A stretch of 64,000 nucleotides of DNA from Sphingomonadales bacterium UBA6174 (GCA_002422945.1 DITW01000069.1:906-64905), one strand, 5' to 3'. Positions 21,410 through 31,939 are shown, numbered from the stretch's first letter. The notes: generated by a model from the letters alone, not told the origin. Made by a program: numbers and translations.

Positions 21410-22183
21410 ATGATTGCTCATTCAGACATTCGTCCACCTTCGCTCTTGCTGACGGGGATGGAGTTTATGCGAACCTCCATGGAATCTGTGAGCTTGGCGC
21501 TGTATTTGCCATTTCTCGCCAATATGCCGAACGGCGATGGCCATCCGGTGTTGGTGTTGCCGGGCTTTGCGACCAGCGATAGCTCCACCGTGTTGCTGCG
21601 CAACTTCCTGTCCGCCAAGGGCTATGATGTCCAGCCTTGGGGGCTGGGGCGGAATTTCGATCATCGCACCATCGGCTATAATGGCGAACGCGTGGCGCAT
21701 CAGCTGGACCGCATTCTGGATAGCACCGGACGCAAGGCCAGCTTGATCGGCTGGAGCCTTGGCGGCGTGATCGCACGGGAGGCGGCGCGGCGCGATCCGC
21801 ATGCCGTGCGTCAGGTCATCACGCTCGGCAGCCCCTTTGGCGGCAATCCGCATGCGACGAACGTCAAGCTCATCTATGAATTGTTGAGCGGTAATGAGGT
21901 CGGGAGCGAACATCTCGATGAACGTTATCGCACCGGCAGCCTGCCGCTCGAAGTGCCGTCGACGGCGGTGTATAGCAAAACCGACGGGATCGCCGCATGG
22001 GAGAATTGCATCGCGCACCCGCATGAACTGACCGAAAATGTCGAGGTGCATTCCAGCCATTTCGGCTTGGTCGTCCATCCGGCGGTGTATCACATCATCG
22101 CAGATCGTTTGGCGCAGCCAGAGGGCGAATGGGCGCCTTATGAGGTGCCGATGGCGCCGTCGCCAACGCCTTTTATCTGGTGA
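21410..22183 (+). CDS. alpha/beta hydrolase (esterase/lipase-like)
   Basis: PVLVLPGF, GWSLGG nucleophile elbow, SKTDGI, SSHFG. Confidence 0.85.
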   Translation: MIAHSDIRPPSLLLTGMEFMRTSMESVSLALYLPFLANMPNGDGHPVLVLPGFATSDSSTVLLRNFLSAKGYDVQPWGLGRNFDHRTIGYNGERVAHQLDRILDSTGRKASLIGWSLGGVIAREAARRDPHAVRQVITLGSPFGGNPHATNVKLIYELLSGNEVGSEHLDERYRTGSLPLEVPSTAVYSKTDGIAAWENCIAHPHELTENVEVHSSHFGLVVHPAVYHIIADRLAQPEGEWAPYEVPMAPSPTPFIW

Positions 22184-22188
22184 TGGCA

Positions 22189-22219
22189 GGCCGGGGCCGA
22201 GGCATTTTTGCCCCGGACC
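22189..22219. terminator. possible terminator hairpin between convergent genes
   Basis: GGCCGGGGC...GCCCCGGACC imperfect stem. Confidence 0.45.
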
Positions 22220-22228
22220 CGACAGTAC

Positions 22229-22819
22229 TTATTCTTCCGGCGAACCATAGATTGTGCGCTGGGAGGCAGCGCGTTCGAGGTTCAGGCTGAACACCACAAG
22301 GTCGCTCAGATTGCCGCTGGAGGGATCGCGGACATGGTCGCGTAGCAGCGCTTCCGGCACGAAACCTTCATCCTCGAACATCGAGATTCCGGCGAATTGA
22401 TCGGGCGTCATGCTGGCCGTCACCTTGGTCAGTGACATATCGGCGGCGAGCGTGAGCAATTCCTTGAGTAGGATACGCCCAAGGCCCGAACCACGGGCAT
22501 CGGGGCTGATCAGGATGCGGATGTCGCCGACATGCATCGACCAGCTCAATTCATCGCGGGCAAGCGCCGCGCAACCGATGATTTTACCATTCGATACAGC
22601 GAAAATCGTCCGCAGCATGTCGCGTTCATGCTGGGTGATCCAGGCGGCGACGACCTTGGGATTGCGGATGTCGCGGCGCAGGAACAATAGGTCATGCTTT
22701 GGCACGCCTTGCGCGAAGGCAAGAATCGCCTCGGCATCGTCCTCGGCCAGAAAGCGCAGTTGGATTTCGGCGTCCCCGCTTTGAATTTTATAGGGAATGC
22801 GCGTGGTCGATTGGGTCAA
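22229..22819 (-). CDS. GNAT-family N-acetyltransferase
   Basis: ISPDARGSGLGR acetyl-CoA motif; TTG start overlaps the phaC TGA. Confidence 0.85.
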   Translation of the reverse strand: MTQSTTRIPYKIQSGDAEIQLRFLAEDDAEAILAFAQGVPKHDLLFLRRDIRNPKVVAAWITQHERDMLRTIFAVSNGKIIGCAALARDELSWSMHVGDIRILISPDARGSGLGRILLKELLTLAADMSLTKVTASMTPDQFAGISMFEDEGFVPEALLRDHVRDPSSGNLSDLVVFSLNLERAASQRTIYGSPEE

Positions 22820-23895
22820 CAGGATCTCTCCCCAAGCCAGTTGTTGATGGAGGGCCAAACCCGTTTGACGGCGCCGGGGCCGGAAACGACGCTGACATGG
22901 CCGCCCTTGGTGACGATTTCTTCCTTATCGGTCGATGCGATCAATTCCATGATCGGATGCGCGACGGGGAAGGGCACGACATGGTCGTGCTGGGCGATGA
23001 CGCTGATTGTCGGGACCTTGATGTCGCGCAGATCGACCTTGCGGCCACCGATGACCAGTTCATTCTTGCACAAGGCATTGGCCCACATCAGGTCTTTGAC
23101 GATCTGGCGGAAAAATTCGCCGGGTAGCGCCAGTGTTTCCGCCGCCCAACGGTCGAACATGCGGTACGACCGGACGTAATTGTCATCGAGCATGTTGGTC
23201 CACAGATGCAGCACTCCCGCTGTGCGGTTGGCCGGTCGCATCATATCGAACGCACTCAATATCATGTCGGGCGGAATATTGCCGATCCGGTCGACGACAT
23301 CGTCGACATCGAAATAATCCGGGTTCGCCCAGTTTTTGAACAGGGTCATGCCGGTAAAATCAACCGGCGTCGTGAACAGCACGAGATTGCGGACATGCGT
23401 GCCGCCATCCAACGCGGCATAGATCAACGCCAGCGTGCCGCCCATGCAATAGCCGAGCAAACTCACCTGCGACTGGCCGGTAATAGCCTCGACCTTGGCG
23501 ACGCTTTCGGTGATGAAATCGAAGACATAATCTTCGATTTTCAGGTGCTTTTCATTGTTTCGCGGTGGATTCCAGTCGATCATGAAAATGTCGAAGCCTT
23601 GGCCGAGCAGGAATTCGACAAAGCTTTGCTGAGGCGCGAGATCAAAGATATAGCCCCGGTTGCTGGGCGGGGAGACGATCAGCACGGGCGTGCGATAGAC
23701 CTCACTCTCCACCGCGCGATAATGATAGAGCGAAAATGTGCCGCGCCGGATGAGTTCTTCCCGCGCCATTGCGCCCACGCGCTGTTTGGGCGCGGTGAGG
23801 AATTCCAGTCCCTTGATGTTGCGCTGGATCGCCCGCTCAACCTCGCGGCGGACCTGATCGGCAACATCTTCTTCTAAGGGCGCTTGGTCGGTCAT
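22816..23895 (-). CDS. phaC: class III/IV-type PHA synthase catalytic subunit
   Basis: 359 aa; PVLIV..NRGYIFDL, GYCMGG lipase box, HDHVVP Asp, GGHVS His. Confidence 0.8.
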   Translation of the reverse strand: MTDQAPLEEDVADQVRREVERAIQRNIKGLEFLTAPKQRVGAMAREELIRRGTFSLYHYRAVESEVYRTPVLIVSPPSNRGYIFDLAPQQSFVEFLLGQGFDIFMIDWNPPRNNEKHLKIEDYVFDFITESVAKVEAITGQSQVSLLGYCMGGTLALIYAALDGGTHVRNLVLFTTPVDFTGMTLFKNWANPDYFDVDDVVDRIGNIPPDMILSAFDMMRPANRTAGVLHLWTNMLDDNYVRSYRMFDRWAAETLALPGEFFRQIVKDLMWANALCKNELVIGGRKVDLRDIKVPTISVIAQHDHVVPFPVAHPIMELIASTDKEEIVTKGGHVSVVSGPGAVKRVWPSINNWLGERSC

Positions 23896-24263
23896 GAGGC
23901 CTTCTTAGCGGGCTTTCTGGTCCGGGCAGGCGCGGGGGCATCAGCCTGCGACGCCGAGGTGGCGGCGCCATTATTGGCCAGCATCTGCGCAATGCGGTCG
24001 AGGCTCTCTTCGATCCGGTCGAGCCGGTCATTGATCTCGCCGATCTTGGACAGGCTCGGCACGTGCATCGTTTTCAGCAGCTTATCCATATAATCGGAAA
24101 ATTGCTTTTGCGCGACGAGTGAGACTTTGGAGGTTTCGTTCATCATTGCGCTGAATTCTTCGCGCTGGCTGATCTTGGTGGAAAAATCGTTGATCTGATG
24201 TTCCCATTTGGTCACCAGCTTCTGCCATTCGGCTATAGGGTTGAATGACTTTCCCGACTCCAT
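23892..24263 (-). CDS. small PhaE/PhaR-like synthase partner subunit
   Basis: helical, HVPSLSKIGEINDRLDRIEESLD coiled coil, basic tail; ATGA overlap with phaC. Confidence 0.65.
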   Translation of the reverse strand: MESGKSFNPIAEWQKLVTKWEHQINDFSTKISQREEFSAMMNETSKVSLVAQKQFSDYMDKLLKTMHVPSLSKIGEINDRLDRIEESLDRIAQMLANNGAATSASQADAPAPARTRKPAKKAS

Positions 24264-24404
24264 GCGAAGATCCTTCCAATTGTGATCAGCATCATCTGTG
24301 CGCTGTTTGGACCAAGTTAGAAACTATAAAGAAATTAATAAAAGCTCAGGCTTTTGCCAGTTCCGCGATCGCGGCGGGGCGTTACTATTCGCCCCGCAAG
24401 CACA

Positions 24405-25178
24405 TCAGGTGTTCGCCTGCCCGCCATCGACATGCAGCGCACCCGCATGGGTGTAACGCGCCGCGCGCGAGGCGAGGAACACGACCGCATCGGCCACTTC
24501 CGCCGGTTCGACCATGCGGCCCATTGGGTGGCCTGCGCCGATCCCGGCTTTCAGTTCATCCTTGTCGCGGCCTGTCAGCTCGACATAGCGCGCCACGATC
24601 GAATCCATCATGTCGGATGCGACCGCGCCCGGGTGGACAGCGTTGACGCGCACCGGCATGCCCAAGGTCGAAAATTCGAGCGCGGTGGCGCGGGTGAACA
24701 TCGATACGGCGGCCTTGGTCGCGCAATAGCAGGCGTTTAAGGCGGCGGGCTTGTCGGCGGCGCCAGAGGCGATGTTGATGATCGCCGATCCGCCTTCGCG
24801 CTTGGCCCCGCTTTCGGCCAGCAGTGCCGATGCGACCTGCGTGCCGAGAAATACGCCCGCGACATTGATGTCAAAGGCGCGACGGAAATCGGCCAGGGGC
24901 ATCGTGTCGATCCGGTCGGTCGGCGCGATCCCGGCGTTGTTCACCAGAATATCTAGCCGCCCATATTTGGCGCGCACGTCATCGATTACGCGCCGCCAAT
25001 CCTGTTCGTTCGTCACATCAAGCGCATGCCAATCGAGACCTGCCTCGGGCGCACCCACCGCCATGTCGGTGGCGATGACCTGCACACCCTCCGCGCGGAG
25101 GGCCGTGCAAATCGCCTGTCCGATATTGCCTTTTGCGCCAGTAACCAGCGCCACCGCGCCATTCAGACCAAGATCCAT
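24405..25178 (-). CDS. short-chain dehydrogenase/reductase (paralog of 14758-15543)
   Basis: TGAKGNIG, NNAG, IINIASGAADKPAA, YCATK. Confidence 0.92.
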   Translation of the reverse strand: MDLGLNGAVALVTGAKGNIGQAICTALRAEGVQVIATDMAVGAPEAGLDWHALDVTNEQDWRRVIDDVRAKYGRLDILVNNAGIAPTDRIDTMPLADFRRAFDINVAGVFLGTQVASALLAESGAKREGGSAIINIASGAADKPAALNACYCATKAAVSMFTRATALEFSTLGMPVRVNAVHPGAVASDMMDSIVARYVELTGRDKDELKAGIGAGHPMGRMVEPAEVADAVVFLASRAARYTHAGALHVDGGQANT

Positions 25179-25218
25179 TGTCTATCCTTTATGCTGGCGG
25201 CGCGGTTGCGTCCGATAT

Positions 25219-25752
25219 TCAGTGCGATGCGGCCGTTTTCGGTGCGTGAGGATGGCTGGGCGAGAGATCGTCCGCCATGATCACCGGTCCGTCACGGTCG
25301 TCGCTGTCGCGTTGGCGGCTGTCGATCAGGTTGAGCAGATAGGTGAGGCTCGACAGCCGCCACACATCGCCGCGCCGTTCTGCGGTGAAAAGATAGCGAC
25401 CCCAGAAAGTGTCATCGACCCCGCCACCGTCATTGTCGGTGCGCGTGACGATAACCGAACAGGCATCTGCCCGAGCTTGATCGCCATTAAGGTGAATGCG
25501 CGGCATGCCGAACATATGCAGGCGGCGGCGATAGCTTTCTTCCAGTGCGACAATCACCGGCATGACGGTCGTCTGATCGCCCTTGCAAAAGCCATAATCC
25601 AAGATGGCATCAGGCCAGAAAATCCGATCCATCGCCTGCCAGTCAGCCCAGTCGACTGCATCGGTATAGGCAGACAGCAGGTCGCGAATGTCGGATTCGG
25701 CGAATAACCGCCGAACCCGAACCAGCTCATCTTGCGTCAATATGTTGGTCAT
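25219..25752 (-). CDS. SnoaL/NTF2-like protein
   Basis: IRDLLSAYTDAVDWADW...FWPDA..., GRY, WRLS. Confidence 0.8.
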   Translation of the reverse strand: MTNILTQDELVRVRRLFAESDIRDLLSAYTDAVDWADWQAMDRIFWPDAILDYGFCKGDQTTVMPVIVALEESYRRRLHMFGMPRIHLNGDQARADACSVIVTRTDNDGGGVDDTFWGRYLFTAERRGDVWRLSSLTYLLNLIDSRQRDSDDRDGPVIMADDLSPSHPHAPKTAASH

Positions 25753-25759
25753 CTGACAA

Positions 25760-26791
25760 TCATCCAAGCGTTGTGATGCGGTCGTTCAACCGGACCAGTG
25801 TTTTGCCCGAGGTTTCGCCCGCCATCAGGCGGATGAACGCGGCGGGCGTGCTTTCGAGGCCGGTCGAGACATTTTCGGTGGCGATCAGTTCGCCGGATTT
25901 GAACCATGCGGCCAGTTGATCTTCTGCCTCATGCAGCATGTCGACGGCTTCATAAGCGAGGAAGCCGCGCATCGTGATGCGATGGACCAGCACCTGCCAG
26001 ATATTGCGCAGGAGATATGGCTCGGTCTGGTGATTGTAATTCGCGATCATGCCGCATACCGGAATGCGCCCGAAATCATTCATCAACGGCAGGATCGTAT
26101 CAAGCGTCTTGCCGCCGACATTGTCGAAATAGAGATCGATGCCATCCGGGCAGGCGGCCTTGATCGCGGCTTCGAGATCGGGGGCCGTCTTGTAATTGAC
26201 GGCGGCATCCATGCCGAGTTCCTTGGTGATCATTTCGGCCTTTTCGTCCGACCCGACGATGCCGACGACGCGGCAGCCGCGCAGCTTGGCAACTTGCCCT
26301 GCGACGCTACCGACCGCGCCTGCGGCGGCGCTGACGACGACGACATCGCCCGCCTTCATTGCGCCCGTGTCGAGCAGGCCGACATAGGCCGTGATGCCGG
26401 ACCAGCCGAGTGCGCCCATATACGCGGTCAGCGGAATGGTTGGGTCGATCTTGACGTTTTCGAACGCGACGCTGGTGGGGTTGAGGACCGAATATTCCTC
26501 CCAACCGATAAAGCCGCGACCGTAATCGCCTTCCTTGAATGCGGGGTTGCGCGACTTGATCACCCGGCCCAGCACCATCGTCGGGATCAGCCCGCCAATT
26601 TGCACCGGCGGCATATAGCTTTTCACATCGTCCAACATGCCGCGCACGGCTGGATCAATGGCAAAGACCTGATTTTCGAGCAGGACCTGACCTTCTTCCA
26701 ATTCAGGGATATCGGCCTCGACCAGCTTGAAGTTTTCCGGGGTAGGAATGCCGGTGGGGCGCGAGGCTAATACGATACGACGATTTTTCAT
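25760..26791 (-). CDS. NADP-dependent alkenal/enone reductase (PTGR/CurA-like MDR)
   Basis: LASRPTG, SAAAGAVGS, YFDNVGG. Confidence 0.9.
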   Translation of the reverse strand: MKNRRIVLASRPTGIPTPENFKLVEADIPELEEGQVLLENQVFAIDPAVRGMLDDVKSYMPPVQIGGLIPTMVLGRVIKSRNPAFKEGDYGRGFIGWEEYSVLNPTSVAFENVKIDPTIPLTAYMGALGWSGITAYVGLLDTGAMKAGDVVVVSAAAGAVGSVAGQVAKLRGCRVVGIVGSDEKAEMITKELGMDAAVNYKTAPDLEAAIKAACPDGIDLYFDNVGGKTLDTILPLMNDFGRIPVCGMIANYNHQTEPYLLRNIWQVLVHRITMRGFLAYEAVDMLHEAEDQLAAWFKSGELIATENVSTGLESTPAAFIRLMAGETSGKTLVRLNDRITTLG

Positions 26792-26827
26792 GTGATAATT
26801 CCTGTTTTAAAATGGGGTGTAGGTTGT

Positions 26828-27859
26828 TCAGTTAGTTGCTGGATCGGCCAGTTTGACGACGGTCTTGCCATCATTTTGGCCGGTGAAAAGGGTAATGAAG
26901 GTCGCGGGTGCGGCCTCGATGCCATCGGCGATATGTTCACGATAGACGAGCTTGCCGCTCAATATCCATTCTTCGATCTCGCGCAGCGCGCGGGGGAAGA
27001 TGTCCTTGTATGTGAAGGAGAGAAAGCCCTCGACCCGCAGCACTTTGCCGACAATCGAGAACAGATTGACCATCGGTTCCGCATCGGCGGATTGATTATA
27101 TTCCGAGATCAGGCCGCACACCGGAATATGGCCACCCCAGTTCATGCAGGCGAGCGCCGCATCGAGCTGGATACCGCCGACATTTTCGAAATACACATCC
27201 ACGCCTTGCGGGCACAACGCCCGGATTTCGGCGGTGAGCTGCTCGCGCGTCTTGCCCTTGTAATCGATCGCGCCATCAAAGCCGAATTCCTCGATCAGGC
27301 GGCGGCATTTTTCCGGACCGCCAGCAAGGCCGACGACGCGACAGCCCTTGATCTTCGCGATCTGGCCGACGGCAGAGCCGACCGCCCCGGCGGCACCCGA
27401 TACCAGCACGGTTTCGCCTTTGAGCGGACGTCCGACTTCCAACAGACCAACATAAGCGGTGAGACCCGTTGCGCCGAGGATCCCGAGGCTGTTGCTCAAT
27501 GACAGGCGCGAGGCGGGATCGACCTTCCAGGTCATCGGACCCGGCGCATAGGCCGAATATTCCTGAAGAAGGGCAGTCCCCGTGACCAGATCGCCCGGCT
27601 TGTAATCCGGATGGCGCGATTCCAGCACCTTGCCGATGGTGTTCGTCACCATCGGTTCGCCCAAGGGGGTCGGAATCCAATAGCCATCAGTGGCGCCCAG
27701 CATCTTGCGCAGGCCGGGATCGAGCGATGCATAATAATTCTGGACGAGGATTTCCCCATACTGTGGTGTCGGTATTGGCCGGTCGACGACATCAAAATCA
27801 TCGACCTTGACCATGCCCTCAGGCCGTGACCGCAAGATCAGGGTCCGGTTATTTGGCAT
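26828..27859 (-). CDS. NADP-dependent alkenal/enone reductase (PTGR/CurA-like MDR), second copy
   Basis: LRSRPEG, SGAAGAVGS, YFENVGG. Confidence 0.9.
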   Translation of the reverse strand: MPNNRTLILRSRPEGMVKVDDFDVVDRPIPTPQYGEILVQNYYASLDPGLRKMLGATDGYWIPTPLGEPMVTNTIGKVLESRHPDYKPGDLVTGTALLQEYSAYAPGPMTWKVDPASRLSLSNSLGILGATGLTAYVGLLEVGRPLKGETVLVSGAAGAVGSAVGQIAKIKGCRVVGLAGGPEKCRRLIEEFGFDGAIDYKGKTREQLTAEIRALCPQGVDVYFENVGGIQLDAALACMNWGGHIPVCGLISEYNQSADAEPMVNLFSIVGKVLRVEGFLSFTYKDIFPRALREIEEWILSGKLVYREHIADGIEAAPATFITLFTGQNDGKTVVKLADPATN

Positions 27860-27952
27860 CGCTCATTCCCTTTTATATCGTTTTTATCGTTGCATGCTGG
27901 AAACGAGAAACTGCCGCCGCCGATCCGGCGACAGCAGTTCCGAATAAGCGGT

Positions 27953-28714
27953 TTAGAACTGAACGCGCTTGGTATAGCCGCCATCGACCACAAGATTGAC
28001 GCCGTTAATCCAGCTTGCCGCCGGACTGGCGAGGAAAGTCACGGCGCGCGCGATTTCTTCCGGCTTGCCCATGCGATGGGTCGGGTGGAGGGCGACATGG
28101 GTGTCGTACAATTCCGGCATGCCCTGTTCGATCTGCTCCCAAGCGCCGCCCTTGAAGTAGATCGGCCCCGGCGACACGACATTCACGCGGATGCCCTGCG
28201 CGCCGACATGCTGCGACAATTGCTTGGCATAGGTGATCAATGACGCCTTGAGCGCATTATAGGCCATCGGCGCCATGAAGGTTTCGACCGAGGCGGTGGT
28301 GCCGATGAAGATGACCGATGCTTCGCCGGATTTTTCGAGATAGGGGGTGGCTGCTTCGACGCCGCGCACCGCGCCCAGCACATCGGCTTCAAAGCAATTG
28401 CGCCAGCTCGCTTCGCCATCCATGCTGCCGCCAGCCGACACATTATGGACGAAAATATCGATACCGCCGAGCTTGTCACCCATGTCGGCGATCCAGCGCT
28501 GATAGGCTTCGCCATCCATCACATCGACGGCAGCGCCTATGGCCTTGCCCGGACGGCCTGCCAATTCGCCAAGCGCCTGTTCGACTTCATCAGCCTTGCG
28601 CGCGCCGATGGCGACGTCGCAACCTTCCGCCAGCAGGCTTTCCACAATGCGCCGACCGATGCCGCGCGTGGAGCCGGTGACGAGTGCCTTTTTGCCGGAG
28701 AGTCCCAAATCCAT
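27953..28714 (-). CDS. short-chain dehydrogenase/reductase
   Basis: TGSTRGIG, YNALK, VNVVSPGPI. Confidence 0.9.
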   Translation of the reverse strand: MDLGLSGKKALVTGSTRGIGRRIVESLLAEGCDVAIGARKADEVEQALGELAGRPGKAIGAAVDVMDGEAYQRWIADMGDKLGGIDIFVHNVSAGGSMDGEASWRNCFEADVLGAVRGVEAATPYLEKSGEASVIFIGTTASVETFMAPMAYNALKASLITYAKQLSQHVGAQGIRVNVVSPGPIYFKGGAWEQIEQGMPELYDTHVALHPTHRMGKPEEIARAVTFLASPAASWINGVNLVVDGGYTKRVQF

Positions 28715-28812
28715 TTTAGCTTCCTTTGTGGTTCAAATGTGTAAGTGATCTGCTGCTTAGGCCGATGAATGAAAGGCCTACACTCTGTAATGTGCCAAGT
28801 GCGCGTGACCGT

Positions 28813-30018
28813 TTAAAGATCCCATTCCAGACATAGCCGATTGATGCTGCCGACAATGCCGCCGCTGCAATGGGTGTCGGCATCAGGGGCAACCCGGAAA
28901 TGCGGGATGCGCTTTAGCCATTCCTCGATGGTGATCGCGATTTCCATCCGCGCCAATTCCTGACCGGGGCACATATGCGGCCCGCTGCCAAAACCGGAAT
29001 GGCGGGTGCGGGGGCGCTTGAAATCGACCTTCATTGGGTCTGCAAAATTGCGATCATCGATACCGTGGACAACCGTCGGGATGCAGACCAATTCCCCGGC
29101 CTTCAAATGGACGCCATGAAATTCCATGTCCTCACGCACCGTGCGGGCAATTGTCACCAGACCAAAGCGGCGGAACAATTCATGGGTGGCGGGCAGGATA
29201 TTCGCCGGATCGGCGGCGAGTTCGGCACAGGCCTCGGGATGTTCGGCCAGATAGAGCATGACGAAGCCGAGGAAATTGACGACCGTATCCACGCCCGCGA
29301 TCAATATCTGGGTCGAGATCGCCAGCGCCTGATCATGGCTCATCGGACCATTGCCCATGTCCGCCGTGATCATCCGGCTGATCAGATCATCGCCCGGATG
29401 GGCGCGGCGTTGTTCGAGGATCGGGCCGAGATAATCGTAAAAAGCCTGTTTGGCGGCATCGAACGACATCGTCGGTTCGGGCCGGGTCATGCTTTCGGCC
29501 CAGAGGCGAATTTTCGGCGCGTCTTCTTCCGGGATATCGACCATCTTCATAAATACGCGGATCGGGAAGATGCGGGCAAATTGTTCGGTGAAATTGCAGC
29601 GACCGTCAGCGACAAAGCTGTCGACCAATTCGATGACGGTCTGTTGGATCGCATCATGCATGCCGCGAATAGCCGATGGGGCGAGGCTGTCGTTCAGCAG
29701 CACCCGATAGGGACGATGTTCCGGTGGATCGATTGTCGTCGGGATCAGCCCGTGCATTTCGCCGATAGATTTGGGGATGATGATGATGCGGCTGGAAAAG
29801 CGCTTATAATCGGACTGCACCTCGGCCAAGATATCGCCGCGCATCGCGATCCAATGGCCTTCATTCTGCGGGGTCCAGATGATGTCGGGCGCGCTTTCCT
29901 GCAAATTGCGCCATGATTGTTGATAGTCCTGCTCCATCCCCGGCAGGGCATAGATGTTGACGTCCATCACGCGGTCCGGCGCGACATGATCGGGTATCGC
30001 AGTTGCAGTCTGGTTCAT
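28813..30018 (-). CDS. cytochrome P450, CYP101 family (CYP101B-like)
   Basis: FGSGPHMCPG heme ligand, AGVDTVVNFL I-helix, ELFRR, WTPQNEGHW. Confidence 0.93.
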   Translation of the reverse strand: MNQTATAIPDHVAPDRVMDVNIYALPGMEQDYQQSWRNLQESAPDIIWTPQNEGHWIAMRGDILAEVQSDYKRFSSRIIIIPKSIGEMHGLIPTTIDPPEHRPYRVLLNDSLAPSAIRGMHDAIQQTVIELVDSFVADGRCNFTEQFARIFPIRVFMKMVDIPEEDAPKIRLWAESMTRPEPTMSFDAAKQAFYDYLGPILEQRRAHPGDDLISRMITADMGNGPMSHDQALAISTQILIAGVDTVVNFLGFVMLYLAEHPEACAELAADPANILPATHELFRRFGLVTIARTVREDMEFHGVHLKAGELVCIPTVVHGIDDRNFADPMKVDFKRPRTRHSGFGSGPHMCPGQELARMEIAITIEEWLKRIPHFRVAPDADTHCSGGIVGSINRLCLEWDL

Positions 30019-30163
30019 GGCGGGCGTCTCTCCTGACGATTCTATTTTTCGCCCTTTTTAGGGCTTGTCCGCCATAGGTATCACTGCGGGCATGATGATT
30101 AGATAGCCTGATATTATGATTAGGGGCCGCCCTGATCGGCAGCCCCCAAGCCTTGCATTATCC

Positions 30164-31939
30164 TCAATCCGGGATTTCGATGCGGACAAGCTGGGCCGCA
30201 TTCTTGTTCGGCAACCAAACGGTGGTCTTGGCTGCGTTGACATCGACTACGACCTTGCGGGCGTCATAGCTTACCGGCATCAGATATTGCACGATCTCGC
30301 CCGTTTTCGGGTCGAGCCGCAGCAACCTGTCCGATCCGGTGGCCGATACCCAGACCCGGCCCTTGGCATCGGGGCGGGCATAATAAGGCGATATCCATTT
30401 CACCCCGACCGGATATTCGCGGATGATATCCGTATTGAGGTCGATCACCCCGATCTTGTCGGCATAGAATTCGCCGAACCAGAAGCGGTTCTGCGGATCG
30501 CGATAGCCACGGCGCGGATAGGCGATGGGGGTGGGGGTCGGGATCAACCTTGCCTTGCCGGTGCGCAGATTGGCCCGGACAATGCCCGATGGTTCCGGCG
30601 CGGTGCATAGAAAATCACCATTGGCGTCCTGATCCATCATGTAACAATAGTTCAGCGGATTTTTATGTGTCGGGTCCTTGGGCGCAGGCATATCATCGAA
30701 CAGGGTGATGCCCTTTGACAATTGCCCGGTCTTGATATCGAGCCGGAACGCCTGCTCATGCCGCTTTTCGCCCTCTGGCGGTGCGCCGAGACCGGTCGCC
30801 CATAGGCCGGTTTCACCCGGACGCACGGGGCCGAGGAACGGGTTTTTCCATATAACCGGCAGGTCGAATGTCTGCCATTTGCCGGTTTTCGGGTTGAAAC
30901 GCGCGTGTTTGGTGCCGCCGATGGCGACCCAGACATTGTCCTCGCCATCGACCTGAATATCCTGCACCCCGACGATGCGGTCGGTGCCGGGGGCATGGTC
31001 GGCGGGCAGGGCGTTGGGCGATGCCCATTCACTGAACTTACCGGTTTTCGGATCGAGCATGCCGATGAAGTCCCAGCCGGTATTGCCATACCAGACATTG
31101 CCCTTGGAATCGACATCGAGGTCGTGGATCACGCTCATCTCGCGCGGGATCGGGTAGACAGTGACAACCGCCTTGGTCGCCGCGCCGGTCGGGCGGGGCA
31201 GGGTTTTGAGCGGATAGGACCAGTCGGTGCGTCCATTGCTCAGATTGACGGTAGAAAGCCAGTTGGCGATGGGTTTGGCATCGCGGCCAAACCATTGCAG
31301 ATTTTCCAAAGGCTGCGGCGGCCAAGCGAGCTGGATGCGATCTGCCGATGAATGGTCGGTTTCATAGGTCAGCATGCGCTGCATCACCGACAGAAACTCC
31401 GTCGCGTCATGGGAAGACCGCGCGACTCGCTCCAGCGAGTGACAAAAGGTGCAATTGACCATGTTGCGGATCATGACGTCTTTTTGGGCGTCGGTGCCGG
31501 GAAAGCTGTTGAGCCATTCGAGCGAGGTCAGTTGCGCAGCGAGCTTGTCATTATCGGTGACGGCGGCCAGCTTGAGGTCGAGCGATGCGGGCTGTGTGCC
31601 GACCGTTACCTGTGTCGGGGCCAGTTCATAGCCGACCGCGCGGATGGTGATATCATATTGGCCGGGCTTGAGATCATCACGGGCGAAGGCAAAATGGCCC
31701 TGCGCATCTGAGGTGACGGCAACCAGCACCGGGCTATCACTGCGGCGCGCGATGACGATCACGCCCTCCATCACGCCTGCCTTGTCGGAACGGACATCCC
31801 CGGTAATCGCGCTGTCTGCGCTTGGGTTCGCGGCATTCATGGCGGCATGCCATGCTTGGGGCGCGAAAGGCGCAATCAGCGCGAGGGCAGCGACGGCGAT
31901 CAGGCCGTGACGCATCTTGAAATGTGGCCGGAAATTCAT
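30164..31939 (-). CDS. exported protein: carboxypeptidase-regulatory-like domain + c-type heme (CTFCH) + Vgb-like beta-propeller
   Basis: signal peptide, ITGDVRS...GQYDITIRAVGY, CTFCH, repeated D-x-x-G-x-V-W propeller blades. Confidence 0.75.
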   Translation of the reverse strand: MNFRPHFKMRHGLIAVAALALIAPFAPQAWHAAMNAANPSADSAITGDVRSDKAGVMEGVIVIARRSDSPVLVAVTSDAQGHFAFARDDLKPGQYDITIRAVGYELAPTQVTVGTQPASLDLKLAAVTDNDKLAAQLTSLEWLNSFPGTDAQKDVMIRNMVNCTFCHSLERVARSSHDATEFLSVMQRMLTYETDHSSADRIQLAWPPQPLENLQWFGRDAKPIANWLSTVNLSNGRTDWSYPLKTLPRPTGAATKAVVTVYPIPREMSVIHDLDVDSKGNVWYGNTGWDFIGMLDPKTGKFSEWASPNALPADHAPGTDRIVGVQDIQVDGEDNVWVAIGGTKHARFNPKTGKWQTFDLPVIWKNPFLGPVRPGETGLWATGLGAPPEGEKRHEQAFRLDIKTGQLSKGITLFDDMPAPKDPTHKNPLNYCYMMDQDANGDFLCTAPEPSGIVRANLRTGKARLIPTPTPIAYPRRGYRDPQNRFWFGEFYADKIGVIDLNTDIIREYPVGVKWISPYYARPDAKGRVWVSATGSDRLLRLDPKTGEIVQYLMPVSYDARKVVVDVNAAKTTVWLPNKNAAQLVRIEIPD

